Assembly (NCBI RefSeq): GCF_036321535.1
Contig: NC_087447.1
Location: 13,516,001 to 13,580,000 of the forward strand
Source: Camelus dromedarius
Taxonomy: Eukaryota
Direction: 5' to 3'
DNA: 64,000 nt
The notes beneath the pieces are model-generated. The model did no database searches. It worked only from the letters and a program-made list of their open reading frames with translations, and had not been told where the DNA came from. Made by a program: the position numbers and the translations under genes. Shown one piece after another: positions 1 through 12,230 of the stretch; the first letter of the stretch is position 1; the number at the start of each line of letters is the position of its first letter.

Positions 1-872
1 CCAGGGCTGATGTCCACCAACTGGTGTTCTAGGCCATTGCCCAGTGGATCCTGGGGCTTGTGCCCTCCCATTGGTGGGTGAAGCCAGGTCCTGGGGTCTC
101 TGGCGGCAGAGTCTAGAGGTTCAGAATCTGCTGTTGGCCTGCATATGCGTTGGCAGGGGCGGGGGAGGACAAGGGATCCTGGGTCTGGTGCCCATCCCCT
201 AGTGGGTGAGAATGGTTCCAAGGTGACTGGGGCCTCAGGGCTCCCTACAGTAACCAGCCTGCTGGTGGTAGGGTTATGTCCCCACCCACCTTGCTGCTTG
301 GTCTGAGGCTTCTTAGGTCTGGTGCACTCTAGCTGGTGGGTTGGGCTGGGTCCTACCACTAAAAAGCTAGAGGGAATGTTCCCAAATGGAGTGTGCCAGC
401 ACCAGTGCCCTTGTCATGAGATAGCTCCCCAAAATGGCTCCTGCCAGTGTCTTTGTCCCTAACGTGAGTCCCAATTTCTTCCTACCTCTCCAGGAGGCAA
501 GTGGGTCTGACTCAAGCTCCTTTCAAATGACTGTTTCTGCCCTGGGTGTTGCAGTGTATGTGATTTTTGGAAGTGCACTTTTTGTTTGTAGTCTCTACTT
601 CCCACAGCCTTCTATTGGCTATCCCAAAGGTCGACCTCGCTGGCCTTCAAAGCCAAATTTGCCTGGGGGTAAGGGTCTTGACTGCACTGTCTCCAATCTT
701 TCTACCTATTTGTTGTAGTTCCTTATTTATGTCTTTCATTGTAAAGAAAAATTTTGCTAGCCTTCAGAATGTTCTCATTAGTAGCTGCTCTGAAAATAGT
801 TGTAATTCGGGTGCCCCCATGGGAGGAAGTGAGCTCAGGGTCTTCCTACTCTGCCTGTTGGCCGCTCCCTCC
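1..872 (-). mobile_element. LINE-1 5' UTR / 5' terminus; the element continues leftward out of the window
   Basis: GC-richer tract ending in ...gtgagctcagggtcttcctactctgcctgttggccgctccctcc, matching my recall of the reverse complement of laurasiatherian L1 5' ends (gtgagctc...tcctactccgccatcttg). ORFs 434..718 and 567..989 are incidental. Confidence 0.7.
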
Positions 873-1620
873 AGTATGTCTGTCTTTATGCCAGTTCCAC
901 ACTGCCACGATTATCATAGTTCTGTAGGATGTTTTGGTATCAGGAATAGGAAATCCCCAAATTCATTCACTTTTTCAAGATTGTTTTGACTATTTGGTTT
1001 GGATCCCCTGCAATTTCATATGGATTTTAAGATGGATTTTTTTTTTCTGTTTCTGCAAAAAACATTTTTGGGATTTTTATATGGATCACACTGAATCTGT
1101 ATATCACTTTAGGTTGTATTGACATCTCAGTAATGCTAAATTTTCCAACTCGTGAATGTTTTTCATTTATGTGTGTCTTCTGTAATATCTTTTAGCAATC
1201 TTTTGCAGTTTTCAGAGTACAAGACTTTTGCCTACTTGATTAGATTTATTCTTAAGTGTTTTATTCTTTTTGAGGCCACTGTAAATGGAATTGTTTTCTT
1301 AATTTCTTAGTCTGGTTTGTTCATTTATAGTATAGAAATTCAACATTCATTCATGATAAAAAAAAAAAAACCTAATAGAAGGGCTGTACCTCAACATAAT
1401 AGAGGCCATTTATGACCGTTCCACAGCTCACATCAGATTCAACATTGGAAGATTTAAAGCTTTTCCATTAAATTCATGAGCAAGACTAGAGTGCACACTC
1501 TCACTACTTTTTAAAAAACATACTGCAAAACGTACTGCAAAAATTTTCCTTTGGCATGTTTTGAGTTTTCTACATATAAATCATATCATCTTCTAAATGA
1601 TATAATTTTACTTAATTAAA
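873..1620. mobile_element. Older L1 ORF2 fragments in mixed orientation (- ~873-1340, + ~1340-1520, - ~1545-1620)
   Basis: Recognisable ORF2 motifs: ttttgaggccactgtaaatggaattgttttctta on - and acctcaacataatagaggccatttatgac on +. Confidence 0.7.
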
Positions 1621-2389
1621 CTTTCCTTAACTTTACTGTCTGTAACAGTGCTTCCAGTGGTAGCCCCTTCCTATCCTTTGGATCTCAGTTTAATCGTCAC
1701 CTTTTAAGTAATGCCTTCTCTGATTACATTATCCATAGTAGAATTCTCCCTCTTATTTCTGTCACAGTGCCCTATTGTCTTACAAGCAGCACATAAGACT
1801 ATCATTACTTTATTAAATTTTCTCTTTTATTGTTTGACTCTAATATGGGAATCTGAGATCCATGCAGGAAGGAACTTTTACATGATTTCCTCTCCTGTTT
1901 TATTAATGGCTGTGTTTTCACTCACAGTACAGTTTCTGGCATTAAATGGGTACTCTAAATTATAAAATATGGATAAATAATTAGCTATTATATCTATACT
2001 GGTGATAATATTTTATACATCTAACCAAACTTCAAGGCAGAATAAATTTGATATTAAATAAAAGAAAAGAAAAACTTACTGTGACAGGTTGGAAAATACA
2101 TGATTAATTAATCTAACTGGAACAAAATGACTGGGCAGGTATTGTATTTTTCACTAGCATTAACCTCATAATATTTCTAAAGTTATTTTTTTCTCCATAT
2201 TAGACTTTCCTGCCCTCGTTATATGATTTGACCTAATAGCATCTTTACATAGAGATATACTTTTAAAACTTTGTGGAAAACTCCAGTGAATTTAATTAAA
2301 TGAGGATCAGTTTTGGACACATTCCAATTCTAAGAGTCAATGATAAATGAAGTTAGAAGGGATAAAATGCCCAGTGATCTTTGCCAATA

Positions 2390-4292
2390 TCAGGAAAGAG
2401 ATGCTATCTTTTTAAGAACATATAAAATTTTAGGAGGTCCTTTGTTAGAATTAAAGTATTGCATTAGAAAAAGAAAAGCAGAAGGATGTCTCTCAAAACC
2501 AACCATCTAGCCTGGCTCTACAACATGACGCAGTGAGAAGGACTAAACAACTGAATGGTATTTTTAAATTTTGAAGTTAGGAGGGTAAGGTTACTAGAGA
2601 CACATTTTCTTGTGCAATGACTGGTTGCTATTTTCCTATGTAAACATAGGATTCGCTAGTTTTTTGTTTTGATAAATTTCCAACATGATAAATTATGTGT
2701 GTGCATGTGTGTGTGTGCCCACACACTGAGGGATATTTTTTATATAATTCATAGTGCAAATAAAAATGATCTTCTGAATAATCAATCTTCTGAAAAATAA
2801 TAATCTAAAAAAAATAATCTTCTGAAAACTCCTCGGAGAAAATGGACAGACAGTTGAGTGAAATAAAATATATCCTCAAGTAACAATGCAGCCTATGTCC
2901 TCTGTTTTCAGACTGGATGAAGGAAGATTTCCAAGTCTTTGTGCATAACTTAAAAAGCCTTCCTTCAGATAGTGAACAAGCCTCCACAGGGTACGTCTAA
3001 CAGTAAGTATTGGGAACCAGGCTTCAGAATTGTGTGATTGTCTTCATTATGTAAGAAATTAAGTTGCTTTTACATAAGTCAAACTTAGATTCAATTCTAG
3101 TTTTATCACTTAAAAATGTGAGGCCTTGGAAAATTAATTGGATGTTCCAAGCCTTAGTTTCTTCAACTACAAAGTGGGGTTTATAGCTCCTGTTATTATA
3201 AGTTTAAATGTGACATATTAAATTGTGAGGGCTTGACTGGAATCCGCTATAGGAGTTTCAAGACATGTAGTGATATAGTCAGAGCAAGACTTACAGAGGA
3301 TCACAAGGGCTGATTCAAGAAAATAAATTTTTGGAGGCAGAATAAAAGTGGAAAGACATGGCAGAAGGCTATTGCGGTGGGCCAGTAAGGAAATGAGGGA
3401 GTAGGGAATGATCAAATTTGTAATATAATTTGAAAATAGAGACAACAGGATGTGTTAAAAGAATCAATAACATGAGAACAATAGTGAAGAACACTGGGAG
3501 GTTTTCTGTCTAAGCAATTTAATGAGACGGGAACTCCTTTTTATTATGGAAAATTTAAAATTTATTTTTATATACGCTAAATTGATATCCAATTGTAGAT
3601 GTCCAAAACTGGAGATGCTGCCTATACAAGGTTAAAAATAAGTGGAAAGACAGAAGGCTGGGACACAAAATTAAAGTGCTGCAGCATTTAATGGTCAGGA
3701 AAAGGAGGAATATCCATTTAAAGACCCTAAGAATTTTCAGTGTGGTTTGAGGCAATTCAGGACAGTGATCTTCTATTTATAGTTTGATCTACTCACACTG
3801 AATGTGTAATTTAGCTTAAATGCGTTTCAAGTATTACACTTTTGTGACATTATAAATGGTGTACCATTTTAGGGGATTCCCTTCCCATCTTCTTTTGTTC
3901 TTTCATTTTTTTCCTTTAAAACCCAGTTAAAGCATTGATTTCACTGGGAAACCTTTGATTTCAGTCTGATTGATATATTCCTACACTGTGACCTTAGTGT
4001 TGTGTGAATATCCTGATATATAATGGCACTTATTACATGGATCTGATCTCTTATTTTGTTTCATATCACTGAGCATAAGGAACTATGCCTTATTCAACTT
4101 GGTATTCACAATGTCTATGATCCACTGGATACAAACAGATACTTCATACACATTGTTTTAATTGAATGGATAAATGAAAGATTATACTTATAATGCATGT
4201 AAATATTTTCCCCCTTATTTTGTAGGTAAACTGCTTCTAATATGTGAGTCAGCTGCTGTACAGACTAGATGGAACCAAGGAACAATGTAACT
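2390..4292 (+). repeat. Segmental paralogy block A: upstream flank plus first codons of the OR at 4269; partner at ~61660-63528
   Basis: Collinear shared anchors, e.g. aaaattttaggaggtcctttg, ttcctatgtaaacatagg, cagatagtgaacaagcctccaca, gtttgatctactcacact, gtaaactgcttctaatatgtga. Roughly 75-85% identity by eye. Confidence 0.9.
3080..3780. mobile_element. MIR (+, ~3080-3220) followed by an L2 fragment (-, ~3225-3780)
   Basis: MIR-like ccttggaaaattaattgg...ccttagtttcttcaactacaaagtgggg. G/A-rich L2-antisense sequence gaggcagaataaaagtgg...gaaggctattgcggtgggccag. Confidence 0.55.
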
Positions 4293-5192
4293 TATTTCGT
4301 CCTCCTGGGCCTCACACAGAATCCAAAGGAGCAGAAGGTCCTTTTTGTTATGTTCTTGCTCTCCTACATTTTGACCGTGATGGGCAACCTGCTCATTGTC
4401 GTGACGATTACTGTCAGTAAGACCCTCAACTCACCAATGTACTTTTTTCTTGCCAGCTTATCTTTTATAGATTTAATTTATTCCTCTTCTATTTCCCCCA
4501 GATTGATTTCAGACTTATTCTTTGGGGAAAACACCATATCCTTTGAATCTTGCATGACTCAGCTTTTTACTGAGCACTTTTTTGGTGGGTCAGAGATTGT
4601 TCTTCTGTTGGTGATGGCCTATGACCGCTATGTGGCCATCTGTAAGCCTTTGCATTATTTGGTTATCATGAGGCAAAGGGTATGTGTTGTGCTGCTGGTG
4701 GTGTCCTGGGCTGGAGGTTTTCTGCACTCAACTATACAAGTTAGCACTATTTATGGGCTCCCATTCTGTGGCCCCAATGTCATTGATCACTTTATGTGTG
4801 ATATGTTCCCCTTGTTGAAACTTGTCTGTACTGACACCTATGTCACTGGCATCTTAGTGGTGGTCAATGGAGGACTGATGTGCAGTATTTTTTTCCTGCT
4901 CTTACTCATCTCTTATGTAGTCATCTTGCGCTCTCTAAAGAATCTGAATCAGGAAGGGAGGCGGAAAGCCCTCCAGACCAGTGTTTCCCACATCACTGTG
5001 GTTGTCTGCTTCTTTTTTCCCTGTATTTTCACGTATGCAAGACCTGCTAAGACCTTCCCTATTGACAAATCATTGAGTGTGTTTTATGCAGTCATAAGCC
5101 CCATGCTGAACCCATTTATCTACAGTCTAAGAAATTCTGAGATGACTAGTGCTATGAAGAAGCTCTGGAGAAAAACATGTCATATGAACTAG
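4269..5192 (+). CDS. OR4A47: Olfactory receptor family 4, OR4A47-like, intact 307 aa
   Basis: Single coding exon with N-glycosylation site NVT and motifs GN(TM1), [49 protein letters not shown]-terminus [23 protein letters not shown] and [15 protein letters not shown] match human OR4A47 as recalled. The symbol means -like, not proven orthology. Confidence 0.92.
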   Translation: MEPRNNVTYFVLLGLTQNPKEQKVLFVMFLLSYILTVMGNLLIVVTITVSKTLNSPMYFFLASLSFIDLIYSSSISPRLISDLFFGENTISFESCMTQLFTEHFFGGSEIVLLLVMAYDRYVAICKPLHYLVIMRQRVCVVLLVVSWAGGFLHSTIQVSTIYGLPFCGPNVIDHFMCDMFPLLKLVCTDTYVTGILVVVNGGLMCSIFFLLLLISYVVILRSLKNLNQEGRRKALQTSVSHITVVVCFFFPCIFTYARPAKTFPIDKSLSVFYAVISPMLNPFIYSLRNSEMTSAMKKLWRKTCHMN

Positions 5193-5749
5193 TAAATGAT
5201 GAAGCAATAAATTTAGCATTAGGGCCAATCTCCTTGGAATGTAACAGTCTTCATAAATCTGATGTAAAATGTCCTCTTTTCAAGAGATTTATGATAATTC
5301 TAATTAAAGAATGAACTATATATTTGTGCTTTTGATAACAGTTTCCCTGCTAAAATGTAAACTCCATAGTGTCTGGTTTAACCCTGTATCTGGAAGGGTG
5401 GAATGCATTTACAGTTGAGAGTCAGTAAATATTATGCTATGAATTTTATAGAAGTACACTATTTTTTACTTTATTTCTGTGTTTACTTTTATTACTTTCT
5501 TATTCTTATTTTTGTTGTTAGTCAGATTCTTGTCTTTTATCTTCATTCTACTTATATTAGTTAAAATATTTAATACTGTATATAGACTATCCTCTTTATT
5601 CAATTTCATTTGCTTTACATATGCTATTTTTAGTAGAATAGTTTACTTTTTTAAATAGGAAGCTGTAAATAATGAATAATAATAAATATTAAAATAGAAT
5701 TGATACAAAAGGGACTATGTAGAATAAATCTTTTAATCATCCCAAAGCA

Positions 5750-7990
5750 GTATCTCCCATTTCCTGAACATCTTCATATACCAGTCTATAGATCTAAGTC
5801 ATTCTCAGTCTCCTCATACTGCTTAACTTCTTTATGAAGATACACTGACACTGATGCATCCAGTCCTCTTCATGCTTTCCTCAGTCTTTCTCTATGACAA
5901 ACAGTTCTTCAATGAAGTATTTTTGTGATTTTCTAAGTATGTTTTCCCAGTGGTGGAATTGTTGAGTCAGTTGGTTTATGTATTTATCATGTTGATGTGC
6001 ATAGTTTTTGATAAAATGCCATTCATGAGCTTGTACCAAACTCACTACCTTCTTCATTCTGGAAAATATCTGTTTGCCTGAATTCTCAAAAACCAGTGCT
6101 TGATAAACATTTTGGGTATATAACAGTCTGTTTAAGGAAATTGTTTTTCATTTGTATACTTTAATTGCAAATAAGTAGAATTGAATTTGGGTATCTGTTC
6201 AAATGTTTAAAATGATTTGTATTCATATGAACTGCCTATTAATAATTTATGTGTTTTATTTGATTGCTGATTTTTTCATATCAATTTTTAGAATTTATTT
6301 ATATACTAAGGAAATAATCTCCTTTTCCATGTATGTGGAGTTAATTTTCTAGCTTGTTATTTGATTTTGTTGTTTCTATACTGTGCAAAGTATTTTTGGC
6401 CATGTGGAAATATTTTTACATTTCTATAATTAAATCTATTCATATTTTCTTGCTTTTATGCCTTGTTTAGGAAGAATTTCCTTGTTTCAATGTTATCAAA
6501 ACATCCCACATTTTTTCAACGTTTAATTTTTAAAGTTTTTTTGTTGTTTTATATTTTATGTTTAGATTTTTGCACCATGTAAGTAGGGATTAAATTTTAA
6601 TTATTTTTCAGGAATCATTCAAGGTCATTTTTATAGGTGCACAAGTATTTTTCCTCATGACTTGATATCCCAACTTTGTATTCTAAAATGTGGTATGTGT
6701 TTGGATAAAAATCAGGCCTCTATTAACTTACAGCAATCTCTTCTTTACTCATGTGACTTTCAAACATGTGATGTGATTACATTTGATTTAAAATATGCTT
6801 TGATACCTCATAAGCCTAGGACTCCTTCATTACTATTCCTTATCAGAACTGTCTATTCTTGCATATTTATGTTTCATAATTAAACTTCAATAAGCTAGTC
6901 TAGTAAAAATGAAGTTTAGTTCGTATTTTCAATAAGACTTGATTTAGAAAGAGTTTATATCTTAGAGAATTGAGAGTTCTTATCCATAAACCAGGGTACG
7001 TCTTTTATATTCATGTAGATCTGGTATGTTTCTTTGTAGATTTAGTATTTTTGAGTTCTTTTGGTACTACTGTAAATGGAATCTTGTCTTCTAATACATT
7101 TTCCAATTGTCTGACATTTTAATGTAGAAATTCTTTTCGTTTTCCATTTTTACATAAGATATAATCTTTACAGTACATCATTCATCCTTCTTTAGTCAAA
7201 GTTATACAAGGACTGACAAATACATATAGTTACATAGCCACCATATCAACTAATATGCAGAATGTTTTATCACCAAAAGTATTTCCCCATGCCCCTTTGT
7301 ATCACCTCTTCCCTTCACCTCCAGGTCTTGGAAAACACTGATCCATTTCTATTCCTATAGTTTTGTCTTTTCCAGAATGTCCTATAAATTGAATCATACA
7401 GTATGTTAGTCTTTTTTTTTTTTTCTCTCCCAGTTTTATAGAGGTATAATTGAGAATTCAAAATTTTCTATATTTAATGTATACAATGTCGTGACTTTAT
7501 ATACATATATGCTGTAAAATGGAGACTACAATCAAGCTAATATACATATCCATTACCTCTCATGAATACCTAAGTAACTTATTCTTTTTGATGCCATCAT
7601 AAATGGGATGATTTTCAAAATTAAAATAATTTTTTTAGATAGTTCATTGTTAGTATATGTAAATGCAGCTGATTTTTGTATGTATATTTTGTATCCTGCA
7701 AATTTATTGAATTTGTTTATTTGTGCTAACAGTTTTGGGTGCAATTTTTTATGTCTTCTATACATAGGATCATGTCCAATATCTAGTCTTTTAAATTTGA
7801 CTTCTTGGTCCTGGTATCATGCATTTGAGATTTGTACATATTGCATTTGTTAATAGTTCATTTTATTGCTGCGTATTATTCCAAACTGTATGACATTTAT
7901 CCTTTTCTCCATTAAGAGATATTTTGATTGTTTCCAGCTATTTGAGATTATGGATAAAACTGATATAAATATTCATGTACAGGTTTTTGT
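5750..7990 (-). mobile_element. Old degenerate L1M fragments (ORF2 and 3' end)
   Basis: T-rich L1-antisense motifs such as ccagtggtggaattgttgagtc and ttttccagaatgtcctataaattgaatcatacagtatg. The 3' end is interrupted by a younger L1. Confidence 0.6.
7416..7783 (-). mobile_element. Truncated L1 nested in an older L1 3' end, with a 9-bp target-site duplication
   Basis: TAGTCTTTT at 7407-7415 and 7784-7792. Poly(T) then L1 3' UTR, joined to an ORF2 segment (aaatgcagctgatttttgtatg). The host L1 resumes after the duplication. Confidence 0.7.
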
Positions 7991-7999
7991 AAAACCAGG

Positions 8000-9700
8000 C
8001 AAACAAAGAAACAGAATATGAAATAATTATTTTCAAGACACTAGATGTCAAAAGTGATTGACAGTGATCACTGAGTGATGAGAAATGAACACATGAAGCT
8101 CTAAGATTTTTCTGATTTATTACCTTTGAAAACTTTCCATGTTGTGGTACAGAGAAGGATCCCTCAAAAGATCCTGGTAGACTCTCAGAGTTGAGGAGAC
8201 GAAGCTGAGGGTCTGAGGAGACCAAGGCAACAAGGCAGCTAGATTTGGAACACTGTGGATCATAGACCTGAGGGACAGAGAAAGAGAGATTCAGAGACAT
8301 TGAGGGAGGCAATGTTGGAGATCTGGAGAGATCCCCCTCAATTATTCATAGTCTTCAGGAAACTACATGAGGATGGGAAAAGATCTACCCACACAGGTTA
8401 GAGAGAGGAGTGCTTGGTGCTCAGACTGGGCCAGGAAGAATGCCTATTCTCAGCAGCTGGAAGACCTCATTGTTCACAGGGCCAGTGCAGGGAGTTAAAT
8501 ACTAGGATGATCCTGCATCAGCAGTGGGACATAATTTAGACCCAGACCCAACACTGCACCAGATCTGCTTCATAAATTGTAACAGCAAGAAAAAAATCAA
8601 AAATAAAACATTTAAAAGAATCAAACTAAATATTGTGTCCACAATTTTGTGTCTGGGATAATATGAGATCTTGGTCTGATTATTTCTCTTGTGAGGCCCT
8701 TGTTTCATTCTGGTATAAGGATCACTCTGGGTGCATATGCAGCGAGGAGATGAGCTGGGAAGTATAATAATTTCCTCGCATCTCTAAAAGTATGTATGTA
8801 GGATTGGTACTATTTCTTGATTAATTTTTATGTAGAATTCATTGATAAAGCTATATGGAGATGGAATTTTGTTTTGGGAAGGAAAGAATTTTAAAGAATT
8901 AATTTTCTTGAATGTTAGATTATTCCAGTTTTTAATTACTTTCCTTAGTGTGTTTATGTAGAAAGTTGTGTTTTTCATAACAGTGGTCCATTTTCTTTTA
9001 GTTGTCAAGTATACTGTCATAAATTATTGTATCCTTTTATTATCTTTTTAAGTTCTGTAGACTCTGCAGTGATGACCCTCTCTTCATTCTTGATTATGAT
9101 AATTTTTTTCTCTTATTTTTCCTAATCATTTTTGCTAAGATCTTATCAATTTTATTAAACTGTCAAAAAACCAATTCCTGGATTCACATATTTTCTCTAT
9201 TTTTTAAATTAATTTCTATTTCAGTGATTTCTGTCTTCTATTTACTATTTCCAATGTACAATGTTCTCTGTGCTAGTTTTGCTTTTTCTTTGCTAGCTCC
9301 TTAACATCGAGGTTTAGGCCATTTCTTATAACATTTTTTCTAATGCTTACAGTTAAAGCTATCCATTTCCCTCTAACCATTCCTGGAGCTACATCTACTT
9401 TTTATAGTTTTTAAATATATAGTTCATAGATATCTTTAATATATCTTTTATATACACATGTATCATTATCTTTCTATTGAAAATTTATTTTTCCAAAGGT
9501 TTATGAATAATTTAGACTTGGGCTGTTTAATTTGTAAATAACTGGAAAATTATATTTTTGTTATCAATTTCTAGTTGAATTACATTTTTATTATATATGT
9601 ATATATATTCTATATTATGAAGTCCTTTGAAATGTATTGCAACTTCTTTTATGGCCCAGTTTATTGGTTATTTTGATGACTGTTCCATGAGCAGTACTTT
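8000..9700. mobile_element. Ancient L1M 5'-region fragment (+, ~8000-8650) and L1 ORF2 fragment (-, ~8790-9700)
   Basis: gacagtgatcactgag...gagttgaggagacgaagctgagg...cagtgggacataatttagaccc resembles L1MD/ME 5' ends as recalled. ctatttcttgattaatttttatgtagaattc is ORF2 antisense. Confidence 0.55.
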
Positions 9701-10473
9701 GAGATAAACAGACTAGTCCCACGAATGTTTTCTCTTACCCTACTCTCACACTAACACAGATTCTGTCAACTTGCCTCTCTGAAACCATACGACAAACTAT
9801 GTGACAAACCTTGTCTGCATTAGAAATAAGTTCTAAGTGACTTACTTTGAAATTAGCATTTATTATCTTCTGGAAATCAGATCAGATGTCATCTGCAAAG
9901 ACAAAGCTTAAACAGATTTTCCTACTTTGAAGGTCATGACTTAAACAAGAAAGCTTTTACATATTCTACTTCTGCCCAGACTGGACTTTTCCATTTTGGA
10001 GATATGACCTCAAGTTGTTCTTTTAGGATTTTCCCCCCAGAGGACAGGGTTCTGTAAGGCCTGTTCTCCATGGTGATTATCTTGGTGGCATCTCTGGAGA
10101 TAAGGAGTGTACTGTCAAAATTACAACTAAGGTCCCAATAAATTTAATTAGACAAGAATCGCCCTTGGAGATTGAATGACTCCATAATATGTGCTGCAGT
10201 TCAAATGTCGATAAAGTGTAGACCTTTGCTGTTACCCTCAGAGAGTATCTGTCTGTACTGGTGCTCACATGACAGGCTTCTTCCCGAATTGAAATGATGG
10301 ATTCAAAACGTAATAAAGCATGTATATGAAATAAGTATTCTTCATCCTTCAGGAAACCCAATGTTCAACAGTGCTGTATGAAGACAGGACAGTGTAACAG
10401 GCTGAGAATCAGAATGTCATAAGGGCTTTTTCACTATTTCACTTTTACTGGTATAAAACACAAAAAGGCAAAA

Positions 10474-11403
10474 TTTTTATCTAAACAAGTTAAGCATAAT
10501 TTACAGTATTTTCTCCAATTAAAATGTTGATTTAATATTTCTTTGTTCAGAGGACAAATTTTGCCAGCAATTTATATTTTTAGTTTCTGTTCACAGTCAA
10601 GATTCAAATTTTTTTAGGTATCAGGGCATTCATGTTCATTTTGAAAATTCTAACAGTTCAAAAGTATATATTTTTCTAAAAGATTGAGATGAATCAGATT
10701 TCCTGCAAACATGAGAAGAGTTGGTCATGTGGAAACACATCAAGGTCCAGTGATGGTGTATGTGTCCTGCTGTCTGTGTTCTCAGCGATGGAATCAGTGC
10801 ATGAAGAACAAGGGAGAAAGCATCAGAGCCCAGTTCATGGATTGAATGGCTGTCTCCTTATGCAGGTAACCCAGGAAAGGTTTATACACAAGATTCTGAA
10901 CTAGACTTTATATTTTGCAAGAGTACATTGATGGTGTGAGAATCCAGTTTTTCAGAAGTTCCCCTATCTGTTTCTCTTGATCAGCCAAGTTAGGGATCCT
11001 TTGTGATCATTAAAATATGTGGAGATCGATTCTATGATGTAATACTCTTTTGGGATATTTTCTTATTATAAAGATCTAGAATAAATTTACCTTCTCTAAC
11101 ATCAAGTATACTTAAAAACTAATTTCAAGTGTAACTATTTGGGAATATTTTAATGGGCAGATATTTCTAAACCTCATGGTACTTTTAATTAATATGTGCT
11201 GTAAGCATTGTGTTTTTATCTAAACAATTCAAACATAATCTGCAGTTTTTTCTCCAATTAAAATATCAGTTTAATATTTCTTTGTTAAAAGAACCAATTT
11301 TTCCAGCAATTAATATATGTAGTCTCTGTTCACAATCAAGATTCAAATTTCTTTAGGTATCAGGGCATTCATGTTCATTTTGAAAATTCCAACAGTTCAA
11401 AAG
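10474..11403 (+). repeat. 191-bp direct repeat pair (10474-10664 and 11213-11403), offset 739 bp
   Basis: Ungapped manual alignment gives about 22 mismatches in 191 bp (~88%). Confidence 0.9.
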
Positions 11404-12230
11404 GAAATCTTCTGTTAAAAGCTAAAAGATGATGTAAAATCTATAGAAATTGATTGACTTTTAAGAGCCCAAGGTAACACTGTAGTAAGTAAGCTGTTGC
11501 TTCAATTCCTATTTTTCTGTTCACTTATGAATTTCAGCATCCTATCATATGTTTCTGGGCCATTTTGATGTATCCTTCCTTTAATTGTTTGTTTATATTT
11601 TTATTCATTTTATTAGTTAATTGCTTAGAGATATTTGCCTATTTTTGATATTAACTCTGTATATACCCTCTAAAATGTAAACCTTTTCTACAAACTACTT
11701 TTGTGTATTGATATTTGGTAACTTTTCCTAAATCCATCCAAAATTTTGAAATTGTCAAATGTATCTATATGGGATTTTAATGATTGGTTAAGAAGATTCT
11801 TCCACTCTAGAATGTAGAAAGTTACCTCCTTTATTAACTGGAAAGTAAATATGAAGTAAAACTTGCTTTACTTTTGTATTAAGCCTCTAATAAATTTTTA
11901 TTTTTGTAATAGGTATTAACTATATGTACAATTTAATTGGCTTCCAGATGTAAAGCTAGTTGTGGCAACTCATTTATTTAATAATTTGTCCTTTTCCCAC
12001 ATATGTCCCTATTCACTTGCCTTTGCAACAGTCTATACGATTGTTGAGGTGAGGGATGATGTTTTTATCAGACTTGTATTATAATTTCTGAAAGTACAGG
12101 AGCATAATAAACTATACTGCCTATTGGTTGAAAAAACAAATTATCTCAAGATTTCAGGAAGTCACTAGTAATAAATATATTTACAGGTAATTTTGTCTTG
12201 AGCTTTGAAATAAGACATACAGAAGAATCT

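Noticed and set aside
434-989. 94-aa and 140-aa ORFs, and similar ORFs at 7553, 17043, 46149 and 46447
   Set aside because: They lie within L1 sequence and are either degenerate ORF2 pieces or chance frames.
2768-2828. Three copies of aatcttctgaa where block B has one
   Set aside because: Ordinary local slippage expansion in AT-rich DNA.
12198-12230. N-terminal extensions in the ORF track (12198 and 32050)
   Set aside because: They start at TTG. The family-consensus starts are the ATGs at 12231 and 32137. The 32050 extension also crosses the splice acceptor at 32103.
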